Of a DNA stretch of 64,000 nt, positions 56,241 to 64,000 are shown piece after piece. Below the pieces are notes generated by a model. It made no database searches, was not told where the DNA came from, and saw nothing but the letters and a program-made list of their open reading frames with translations. The number at the start of each line of letters is the position of its first letter. Position 1 is the stretch's first letter. Location: positions 1,116,001-1,180,000 of the forward strand of contig NZ_JMCB01000003.1 of assembly GCF_000737315.1 (NCBI RefSeq), read 5' to 3'. The DNA is from Hyalangium minutum (GTDB lineage Bacteria; Myxococcota; Myxococcia; Myxococcales; Myxococcaceae). The translations under genes and the position numbers were made by a program.

Positions 56241-58096
56241 TCGGAGCGATGGAACTTCAGCCCGGCACACGTGTAGACGGTTGGCAGATCATCCGAGCCC
56301 TGCGCACGGGCGGCTTTGGTGCCGTCCACCATGCCGAGCAACACGGGAAAGCCTGTGCGCTCAAGGTCGCGCTCCACCGGGAGCAGAGCGGCGACACGGG
56401 CAAGACCCACGCGCGCGCTCTGCGCGAGGTGGCGCTGCTGCTGACGCTGGATCATCCCCACATCATCAAGCCTCGCGGCTACGGGTACCTGCCGGATGGC
56501 CGCGCGTTCTGCGTGCTGGAGTATGTGGACGGCTGGACGCTGGGAGACTGGCTGGAGCGCACGCACCCCACGTTTCGCGAGCTTGCGAGCGTGTTCGCCC
56601 AGTTGGCCGGAGCCGTAGAGTACATGCACGCGCGGGGTGTGCTTCACCGGGACTTGAAGCTGTCCAACGTGATGATCCGCAGAACCGGCGAGCCGGTGCT
56701 CATCGACCTGGGCTGCGCGACCTCCCCGAATGCCGACGAGCTGACGGCCACTCCCTTGCCTCCGGGAACCGAGCGCTACCGCTCGCCCGAGGCGCACGCG
56801 TTCCTCTCCAAGCAGGGCCGCAAGCCTGGAGCGCGCTATCCGTTCAAAGTGGCGGATGAGCTCTTCGCCGTGGGCGTCATGCTCTACGAGCTGCTCACGG
56901 AGCCGCTCCCGACGAAGGCGAAAGCCCACGCCGGTCTCGCGGATCCCGTGGGCCTTCCCGCGTCGCGAACGGTGAACCCGCGTGTCCCCCCGGCCTTGAG
57001 TGCGCTCGTGGAGGACTTGCTGGCGCGCAACCCGGCGCTCAGACCCGAGAGCTTCGAGGCGCTCCAGCGCAGGTTGGCGGAGCTGGCCCACCATCCCGGT
57101 CCGGAATACGCGGCGGAGGTGCACTTGCCCTCTGCGCAGCGCCAGCCCTCACCCGTTGACGCCGTGCAGGCGGTGGGGCTCGCGGCTTCGGAGAGACAGG
57201 GCTGGCGCAAAGTGCTGGCCCTGGCTGACCAGCAGGCAGCCCGCCTCCGCTCCTGGCTCCAGCCGCATGGGCTCTCCGGCTTGGAGGCTGCCTCTCGCCC
57301 GCATGGGCGCAAGCCTCTGGCGCTCGTGGGAGCCGTCGTGATGGCTGTAGTGGCAGCCACATGGCTCACCCAGGGCGAGCGCCCTCCACCCGCACCCGCG
57401 CGGAGAGAGGCCACCGCTCCCACCATCCCGGCTGCTCCGGCGCTTCCTCCTGAGGATACCCTGCCTGTGTCTGCTCCCGCTCTCACAGCCGCACCGAAGG
57501 AAGGATCCACCGTGAAGCCCCAGCCGTCCGATGATCTCCCGTCCTCCCGTACCGCACGCGCCCCGAAGTCAGCCCCCGCCCCGGGCTCCCCCGGCTTCGC
57601 GGCCTGGTGCAAGACCCTCCCTTTGGCAATGGCTCTCTCGCACGGGTGCGCCTCGGTTCCCTTCAAGGCCGAGCTCCTCGAGTGTCCCCCCGGGTCAATT
57701 CAAGCCATGAAGAAGCTGGGCTGGGATTTGGGGCGCGATAGGTTCATTGTCAGACTCGACGAGAGAGGCCCGGACCGTGGCGCGTTCACGTTCACGCTGG
57801 GCGCCCCGATCATCGGCGTCGTGCCGGACAGCGCGCCCGGCCAGGTGAAGGCACCACCTGGCACCCTGTTTTACGGGCGGGCCTACATCAACGACGAGGG
57901 GAGGGAGGACTCCCCCCTCGGAATCCTCCGCATCGTCTACGACCACGTCGAGTTCCCGGGCCAGAGAAAGTACCCGGTGTGTGCTGTCTCGGGCCTCAAC
58001 CCGATAGAGGCATTGAAGGACGGCACAGCGACCGCGTTCGCCAACTCGACAGTCATGCCCCTCGAAAGATGGAACCCGCAGGCAATGCGACAATAG
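56237..58096 (+). CDS. Hanks-type Ser/Thr protein kinase with TM and Pro-rich C-terminal extension
   Basis: GGFGAV, ALK, LHRDLKLSN, IDLG and GTERYRSPE motifs. ATGA overlap. Confidence 0.93.
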   Translation: MIGAMELQPGTRVDGWQIIRALRTGGFGAVHHAEQHGKACALKVALHREQSGDTGKTHARALREVALLLTLDHPHIIKPRGYGYLPDGRAFCVLEYVDGWTLGDWLERTHPTFRELASVFAQLAGAVEYMHARGVLHRDLKLSNVMIRRTGEPVLIDLGCATSPNADELTATPLPPGTERYRSPEAHAFLSKQGRKPGARYPFKVADELFAVGVMLYELLTEPLPTKAKAHAGLADPVGLPASRTVNPRVPPALSALVEDLLARNPALRPESFEALQRRLAELAHHPGPEYAAEVHLPSAQRQPSPVDAVQAVGLAASERQGWRKVLALADQQAARLRSWLQPHGLSGLEAASRPHGRKPLALVGAVVMAVVAATWLTQGERPPPAPARREATAPTIPAAPALPPEDTLPVSAPALTAAPKEGSTVKPQPSDDLPSSRTARAPKSAPAPGSPGFAAWCKTLPLAMALSHGCASVPFKAELLECPPGSIQAMKKLGWDLGRDRFIVRLDERGPDRGAFTFTLGAPIIGVVPDSAPGQVKAPPGTLFYGRAYINDEGREDSPLGILRIVYDHVEFPGQRKYPVCAVSGLNPIEALKDGTATAFANSTVMPLERWNPQAMRQ

Positions 58097-58106
58097 GAGC
58101 GTCCCC

Positions 58107-59294
58107 ATGGCCACTGCCACAGGTCCCCAGAGGCCCGAGGGCCTCATCCTCTTCTCCCTGGGCGACTTCTCGTATGCGTTCCTCCGAGTCCTGGAGACGA
58201 CCCACCACGGCGAGACCGTCCTGACCGTGCAGCAGCGCTCCCGGCTGGGCCCCGAGGGAACCTACCTCGCGCGAAGTCTGCCGCTGGTCTCGCCCAAGTA
58301 CGACGCGGAAACCCAGGCCCGGATCCGCGCTCGGCTCGAGGAGGAAGCACGGCTCGCCGCCTACCTGGATCATCCCAACATCGCCCGCGTGCTCGGGCGG
58401 ACCGTGTCCCAGGGCGTGCTCTACATCCTGTCGGAGCGGGTGACGGGCGCACGGCTCGACACCTGCGTGACCGCCGCAGTCCTGCGGGGAGTCTCTCTGT
58501 CCGCGGGCTTTGCGCTCCACGTGGGCGCCGAGGTGGCGAGTGCGCTGCACCACGCGCACACGCGCACGGACGAGCAAGGCCGCCCGCTCGGCATCATTCA
58601 CCGGGACGTGAACCCGGCTCGCATCTACCTGCGGCCCGACGGGACGATCCAGCTCACGGACTTCGCGCTCGCCCGGTCGCTGCTGCCGGGCCGGGTGGCC
58701 ACCTCGCTGCCGCGTCCGCAGGGAGATGCCTACTTCGGCGCCCCCGAGGCCCTTCTGGACGAGCCGATGGATGCGCGCTCGGATCTTTTCGCGCTCGGGC
58801 TGGTGATGCTGGAGCTTGTCACCTCGAAGGGGCTCTACAGCACGCCCACGCTGCGCGCGTCCGACTTGGAGGCGGCGCTCACGCCCGAGGCACGCGCGAA
58901 GGTGGTGGCCGCTCACCACATCGCCACGGTGGCGGACCTGCCCGAGCAAGTCGACGACTTCATCCTGCGGGCCGCCACGTACAGCGCGCAGGACGTCGAG
59001 GAGCTCACGGAGGAGGTGTTCCCGCCGCTGCGCTCCATCCTCCGCACGCTGCTCCAGCGGCGCCCGGAGGATCGCTACCCGTCGGCGGCGGCCTTGGAGG
59101 ACGCTCTGCGCCAAGGGCTGGCGGCGTGGGGAGCACCGTATGGGGCCGCCGAAGCCCTCGCGGAGGTGCGGCGCATGTCGTCAGCCTCGCGGGTGAACCA
59201 GGACGTCGGCGTTCCCACTTTCCAGGACTCCGGGGCGCCCGCGTCGGACAGCTCCAGTTCGGCCCAGTGGCGCGCGGAGGGTTGCTCGGAATAG
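58107..59294 (+). CDS. Ser/Thr kinase-like protein, probable pseudokinase
   Basis: IIHRDVNPAR, TDFA and FGAPE present, but no Gly-loop, no beta3 Lys (LARSL), and the catalytic-loop Asn is replaced by Arg. Confidence 0.8.
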   Translation: MATATGPQRPEGLILFSLGDFSYAFLRVLETTHHGETVLTVQQRSRLGPEGTYLARSLPLVSPKYDAETQARIRARLEEEARLAAYLDHPNIARVLGRTVSQGVLYILSERVTGARLDTCVTAAVLRGVSLSAGFALHVGAEVASALHHAHTRTDEQGRPLGIIHRDVNPARIYLRPDGTIQLTDFALARSLLPGRVATSLPRPQGDAYFGAPEALLDEPMDARSDLFALGLVMLELVTSKGLYSTPTLRASDLEAALTPEARAKVVAAHHIATVADLPEQVDDFILRAATYSAQDVEELTEEVFPPLRSILRTLLQRRPEDRYPSAAALEDALRQGLAAWGAPYGAAEALAEVRRMSSASRVNQDVGVPTFQDSGAPASDSSSSAQWRAEGCSE

Positions 59295-59390
59295 CCGAAG
59301 CACCGCCAGGCTGCTCATGGGGCGAGCAGGCGGCCAGCGGGGGCGGCACATGGCGCACAGCCGGGCGAGCCGATTCCTACCTTTGATGGA

Positions 59391-60227
59391 ATGAACCACA
59401 TCGAGGAGCGAAACCCCAACCACCCGGGCGAGATGGGGACGGATGCCCGCTTGGCCGAGGACAAGCGTGAGCCAGCGGAGCTGAAGGCCCGCGCCCAGGC
59501 CATTCGCCTTCTCCAAGAGGCGGGTGTGGAGGCGCTGGTGGGCGGCGCGTACGCAAGCTCCCAGTACACCGGCATCTGGCGCGACACGAAGGACTTGGAC
59601 CTCTTCGTGCGCGAGCGCGACGGGGAAGCCGCCCTGCGCGCCTTCGAGGCCAAGGGCTGGAGCACCAAGTCGCGCGTGCATGGCTGGCTGCACAAGGCCT
59701 ACCTGGGCAATTACCTGGTGGACCTCATCTACGCGTCTGGCAACGGGATCACCTGCGTGGACGATGCCTGGTTTACCCACGCCCGCGAGGCGGAGGTGCT
59801 GGGCGTGCGCTGCCGCATCCCTCCCCCCGAGGAGATTGTCTGGAGCAAGGCCTTTGTCCTGGAGCGGGAGCGCTACGATGGCGCCGAGCTCAACCACCTC
59901 TTCCTCACGGCGGGCCGCAGCTTCGACTGGGGCCGGCTGCTGGCCCGCTTCGATGGGCACTGGGAGGTGCTCCTCGGACACCTCATGTTCTTCCGCTACG
60001 CCTACCCCTCCGACCGTGACGTGGTGCCCGATTGGCTCATGCGCGAGTTGCTGTCGCGCACCACGGATTCGCTGCACGAGGGACCGTGGGAGGAGCGCGT
60101 GTGCCGCGGCCCCCTGTTGTCCAACTGCAACTACGAAGTGGATGTCTCGGAGTGGGGCTACCGCAGCGGACTCAAGGATGGCAGCCGGGGCGACGGTTCC
60201 CCTACGGGCACCTCCAGCCAGCACTAG
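59391..60227 (+). CDS. Nucleotidyltransferase-family protein
   Basis: LVGGAYA..RDTKDLDLF (GG..DxD) and VDLI third acidic residue. Confidence 0.85.
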   Translation: MNHIEERNPNHPGEMGTDARLAEDKREPAELKARAQAIRLLQEAGVEALVGGAYASSQYTGIWRDTKDLDLFVRERDGEAALRAFEAKGWSTKSRVHGWLHKAYLGNYLVDLIYASGNGITCVDDAWFTHAREAEVLGVRCRIPPPEEIVWSKAFVLERERYDGAELNHLFLTAGRSFDWGRLLARFDGHWEVLLGHLMFFRYAYPSDRDVVPDWLMRELLSRTTDSLHEGPWEERVCRGPLLSNCNYEVDVSEWGYRSGLKDGSRGDGSPTGTSSQH

Positions 60228-60271
60228 GATCACCGGGTGCCGCCGGGGGTTTCTCCAGGGCGTCGGGTCGT

Positions 60272-60457
60272 CAGGGCTCACGGGTGAGCCCTGGCCGCCT
60301 GTAGGTTCTCCCCCTACTCACCGCTGTTCGGCGGAGCTAACTGGTTAGCTCCGGACTCGCGCCGCGCCTCACCGGTGAGCGGTGGCTGTATGGCGGAGCT
60401 AACTGGTTAGCTCCGGGCTCGCGTTCTGACCACCCTGGCCCCCACGGGTGAGGTAGG
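60272..60457. repeat. Cluster of alternating short palindromes (REP/BIME-like)
   Basis: CAGGGCTCAC-GG-GTGAGCCCTG (60272-93), CGGAGCTAAC-TG-GTTAGCTCCG (60332-53 and 60394-415), CTCAC-CG-GTGAG (60368-79), CCCAC-GG-GTGAG (60441-52), with GTAGG at 60301 and 60453. Confidence 0.85.
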
Positions 60458-60541
60458 TGGGCGGCGCAGGACGTGAGGCGTCATCGCCTCTGTCTGGAGC
60501 AGTGCCCTAGCGTGCAAGCCTCTCGCAGCTGGGGGGTGCCC

Positions 60542-62641
60542 ATGAGTGCAGCGCTGGGGCCGGCATGGCAACGGCTGAGGCAGAGCCATGGGCCGCTGCT
60601 CTTGAGCATGGTGCTGCTGTGGAGCGGCTGCGTGCCGGTGCACGGCTCGGCGCCCGCGCTGCTGTTCAACCCCAGCATCACCGCCTTCGATAGCCAGGTC
60701 AGGCCTCGCGGCCGCAGACAGCGGCGCTTGGCGCAGCCTCCAGCACCTCGCTCGGAGGACTGCCCCACCGCGCCTGAAGGCTGGCCGGAGCAGGCTGGCA
60801 GCGACGAGGAGGTGCTAGGGCCGCTGCTGGCCTGCGGCTCCGCGGTGGGCTTCCTCCAGTTGCAGCGCCAGGTGGACATGGCCCAGGTCCTTGAGCGCTT
60901 GGGCGACTGGAGCGCAGTGCGACTGGGAGCGCTGGGGCCGCTGCGAGACAGCCGCGCCGCCGAGGTGCTCACCCGCAAGAGAGCTTCCTTCCTGCTCAAG
61001 GCCACCGAGGAGTACGGCGCCTATGCGCAGGTGTTCGCCCTCTTCATTCTCCACTCCTCCTGTGACGACGAGCTGCAAGCGCTGCTCACGCTGTTGGCCT
61101 CACACAAGCAACTGTCCCAGACGCTGGGCACCCTGCCCGCGGTGCGCCAGGAGCTGGAGCGTCGGGGGCTGCCGCTGTCCTCCTTCCCCGAGCGCGCGGA
61201 GCGGACGGGGGATGTGCTCCGTGGGCTGGGACGCGCGGGCAGGGACGCGCTCAACACCTCCCCAGTGAGTGACGGGGCGCGCTTCGCGAACATGAGCGCT
61301 CAGGCTCGGCAGATGCCTGCGCCTTACCAGCAGGCCCTGCACCAGTTGGGACAGGCGATGACACTGGAGCACTTTGCCCCGGACAACGTAGCGCTGGGCA
61401 GCTTTGACCAGCTGACGTTCGGGGTGCCGCTGGGCTTCTATCACCTGGGCCAGGGCACGGTGCACGGGCTGCAGTCGCTGCAAGAGGGGCAGTACGAGCA
61501 GGCCACCCGCGAGCTGGTACCTGCGGCGCTGCTGGTGGCGCTCTACGCGGGCGGCAAGGGCGGCCGCTACTTGGCCTCTGGGGAAGGGAGCGCCCTGCGC
61601 CCAAGACTGCCAGAGCTGCGTCTGGAGACGCTGCGGCACGTGGCGTGGCAACTGTCCGAGCGGCTGGGGCTGGAGGGGCTGGCGGAGGTGGCCCGCTACG
61701 TGCGCGCCAGCCGTGAGGCTGCAGTGTTCGTCACCGCCGGAGGCGAGCCCGCAGCGGTGGCCTTGTACGAGGCCCGGGGCAACCTGGCCCGGGCACAGGC
61801 CACTCTGGCCAAGGCCCTGCCTGAGAGCACCGGCGCCGCTGAGCCCAGGCCCCCTTCAGGCGCAACATTGGGAGGACTGGCCTCGCTGGTGGACGAGGCC
61901 GCAGGCCACACGCGCGAGGTGGTGGAGGCCAAGCTGCTCCAGGTTGAGCTGGAGACTCAGGGCCCCCGCCTGCCAGCAGACCCCGCGCTGCTGCGCAAGC
62001 TCCAGGCCACGCTCGACACCCCGCCCCCCGGGGTGCCCGAAGGCTCCCCCTTGTGGAGCGATTACCTCGCCTACCGGCGCGCTCGCCTCGCCCTGGTGGA
62101 AGAGGGCACTCCTGCCAAGGGCCCTCTGCGCTGGGAGCCCTATGAGCGCTTGCGCGGCGCCTTTGCACGAGGGCTGGCCTTCGAGCGCTTCATGATCTCC
62201 GTGCTGCGAGAGGACGCGGCCCTGCCGCCCACCCAGCGTCGCTGGCTGAGCGCCTTCACCCAGCCTCGCATCGAGGTCCACGTGGGCCTGTCCAAGCCTG
62301 ATGTGCCTGGGGTGCGCTTCGCGGATGTGCTCGTCATCGAGCAGCGCCCACCCTCAGGCCAGCCACCCCGTGTGGAGACCTTCAGCTTCAAGAGCCGCTT
62401 CCTCAAGCCGCTCGCGGGCGAAGCATTGGAGGCACCCATGTTGATGGATGCACGCGCCGCACAGGAGTATTACGGCGGCAGGGTGAACATCCGGCGCTCC
62501 TCCCTCAAGGGCAGCGTCCAGGTGCAACGCGTCCGCCTCGTTTACGAGGGCGGCAGCCGCATGCCCAATCAGTACCTCCTGAATCGTGCCATTGAGAACG
62601 TCCAGGAGCATGTGAAGGGAGTGGAGGTGAGCATTCAATGA
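60542..62641 (+). CDS. Putative lipoprotein polymorphic toxin with C-terminal PD-(D/E)XK nuclease
   Basis: LWSGC lipobox and long helical body. The C-terminus GLAFE..RFADVLVI..ETFSFKSR resembles an REase fold. Coupled to a downstream immunity-like gene. Confidence 0.72.
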   Translation: MSAALGPAWQRLRQSHGPLLLSMVLLWSGCVPVHGSAPALLFNPSITAFDSQVRPRGRRQRRLAQPPAPRSEDCPTAPEGWPEQAGSDEEVLGPLLACGSAVGFLQLQRQVDMAQVLERLGDWSAVRLGALGPLRDSRAAEVLTRKRASFLLKATEEYGAYAQVFALFILHSSCDDELQALLTLLASHKQLSQTLGTLPAVRQELERRGLPLSSFPERAERTGDVLRGLGRAGRDALNTSPVSDGARFANMSAQARQMPAPYQQALHQLGQAMTLEHFAPDNVALGSFDQLTFGVPLGFYHLGQGTVHGLQSLQEGQYEQATRELVPAALLVALYAGGKGGRYLASGEGSALRPRLPELRLETLRHVAWQLSERLGLEGLAEVARYVRASREAAVFVTAGGEPAAVALYEARGNLARAQATLAKALPESTGAAEPRPPSGATLGGLASLVDEAAGHTREVVEAKLLQVELETQGPRLPADPALLRKLQATLDTPPPGVPEGSPLWSDYLAYRRARLALVEEGTPAKGPLRWEPYERLRGAFARGLAFERFMISVLREDAALPPTQRRWLSAFTQPRIEVHVGLSKPDVPGVRFADVLVIEQRPPSGQPPRVETFSFKSRFLKPLAGEALEAPMLMDARAAQEYYGGRVNIRRSSLKGSVQVQRVRLVYEGGSRMPNQYLLNRAIENVQEHVKGVEVSIQ

Positions 62642-63978
62642 AGCTGTTGACCGGGACAGACTTGAACCGGGAGGACGCCCTCTGCCTGGAGTTCAGAGGG
62701 ACATATGACGCGAAGGTGAGACTGGAGCACGCGTTGGAGCCCTTCCTCCAGGTGCTGGAGCAGTATGCGGGGGAGTGGATGCCGAGCCTTGTCAAAGGCA
62801 AGCGGCGGCGCACCTACTCCCGCGCCGCCTTCTGGAAGGCACTCCAAGATAAGGCAGATGACAATGTCTCGACCCTCTACTTGGAGCGCCCCACCGAGCC
62901 CGCGGTGTCACTGGAGCTCACTCTCTTTCGCGCGGAGGCACCCGGAAAGCTGAGAGTCATTCTCCTGGCTCAACCCTTCTCCTTCTTCGCGCAGGAAGAG
63001 CGCTGCCGCGAACTGGTGGAGTTGGTACGCGCCTGGGCCTGCCACTACCCCACCTCCCATGCCTTCGCAGGCAGCTACGCCGACAGTCTGTTGGCGGACT
63101 CGCCCTGCTTTGGCCGGGACATGCAGACCACCGTGGCGAATGGGTTCGACCAGCTCTACGAGGTGTTCTGGCTCAACGTCTTCGGACCCAAGCTGGTGAA
63201 CCTGTTGGGCCGCGAGCGCCTGCTGTCCACCCCCGCCCACCGCGTGGAGGAGCTTCCCAACGGCTGTGTGCTGCTCGTCACCTGGCCCATCGCTGCCCAC
63301 TTCTCACACCCCGAGGCGCGCCAGGCTCAGGCCCGCGCCTTCGTCCACCTGCGCCCGGAGCTCACCCTGGACACCGTGCTGCGCTCCCTCCACCAGCGCA
63401 ACACCGCCCTCGTCCCCGTGGAGCCCCGCTTCCACCCGGACGTGGCTCCCCTCCTCTTTCGCCTCTTGGACAACACCTTCATCAGCGAGCGCCAGCGAAA
63501 GATCGCCGAGTTCAACGCCCACCCGTTCCCGGAGCCGGAAGAGTGGTTGCCCGCCGATGCAGCCCTGCCCTCGGACGTACCGGACACGCACAAGGCCCTG
63601 GAGCACCTCTCGCTCCTGGCCGAGTCCCTGGTGGCCATTCTCCACTCCGAGGTGCCCTCCGTCCTCCAGCAGACCCCCGAATCCCTCACCGACGCCGACC
63701 TCGACTTCTGGACCTGGAGCTTCCCGGAGCGATTCGAACGGGACCAGATTGACGGCCGGCTGGTGCCTGCCATCGGCGCCTACCTGGGCGAGGTGATGGT
63801 GAAACACCTCGGCGGCCAGTGGATTGCCCGCAAGAAGCTGGAAGAGTCCCAGGTGCGCGTCGGCTCGCGCGTGTGGCTGCCCTTTCTGCGCGCCCACAAG
63901 TCCATGCGCTCGTGCCAGTCCCTGCTGGACTTCTCCCTCACCCAGTTCTACCGCGCTGCCGAGCGCCACCGCGGCTGA
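62638..63978 (+). CDS. Putative cognate immunity protein (two domains)
   Basis: ATGA overlap with the toxin. FWLNVFGP..VEELPNGCVLLV resembles REase-toxin immunity proteins. C-terminal IGAYLGEVMVKHLGGQW domain. Confidence 0.68.
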   Translation: MKLLTGTDLNREDALCLEFRGTYDAKVRLEHALEPFLQVLEQYAGEWMPSLVKGKRRRTYSRAAFWKALQDKADDNVSTLYLERPTEPAVSLELTLFRAEAPGKLRVILLAQPFSFFAQEERCRELVELVRAWACHYPTSHAFAGSYADSLLADSPCFGRDMQTTVANGFDQLYEVFWLNVFGPKLVNLLGRERLLSTPAHRVEELPNGCVLLVTWPIAAHFSHPEARQAQARAFVHLRPELTLDTVLRSLHQRNTALVPVEPRFHPDVAPLLFRLLDNTFISERQRKIAEFNAHPFPEPEEWLPADAALPSDVPDTHKALEHLSLLAESLVAILHSEVPSVLQQTPESLTDADLDFWTWSFPERFERDQIDGRLVPAIGAYLGEVMVKHLGGQWIARKKLEESQVRVGSRVWLPFLRAHKSMRSCQSLLDFSLTQFYRAAERHRG

Positions 63979-64000
63979 GCTTCCGGGCCTCGCTCTCCGG

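Overview
High-GC myxobacterial chromosome segment (Cystobacterineae-like, inferred from fruA, DUF2381-kinase modules and lipoprotein toxins). Core or recognisable genes: a partial PilT-like gene at the left edge, LysR/SDR pair, aldo-keto reductase, rnhA, a pabC-pabB-pabA operon, M16 peptidase, AI-2E transporter, DmpA aminopeptidase, the developmental regulator fruA, RDD/SpoIIM, and proC-divIVA-yggU. There are two separate bacteriophytochrome signalling loci, a DUF2381-kinase-(pseudo)kinase module and a lipoprotein toxin-immunity pair. The most unusual items are: (1) an 829-aa fusion of an amidohydrolase deaminase, a SLOG domain and an ADP-ribose-type Nudix domain, convergent with an adenylate cyclase-STAND-TPR gene; (2) a lower-GC islet with an 18-bp tandem array, an RHH + 2-TM gene pair, a strong terminator and an orphan Imm11-like immunity gene; (3) a 38-aa highly basic ORF missing from the ORF track; (4) a bacteriophytochrome in which the conserved His260 equivalent is Tyr; (5) an uncharacterised PDZ-protein / helical-protein operon; (6) an alternating palindrome array upstream of the toxin. 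No rRNA, tRNA, CRISPR array, integrase or transposase was recognised. All family calls come from motif reading, not database searches.
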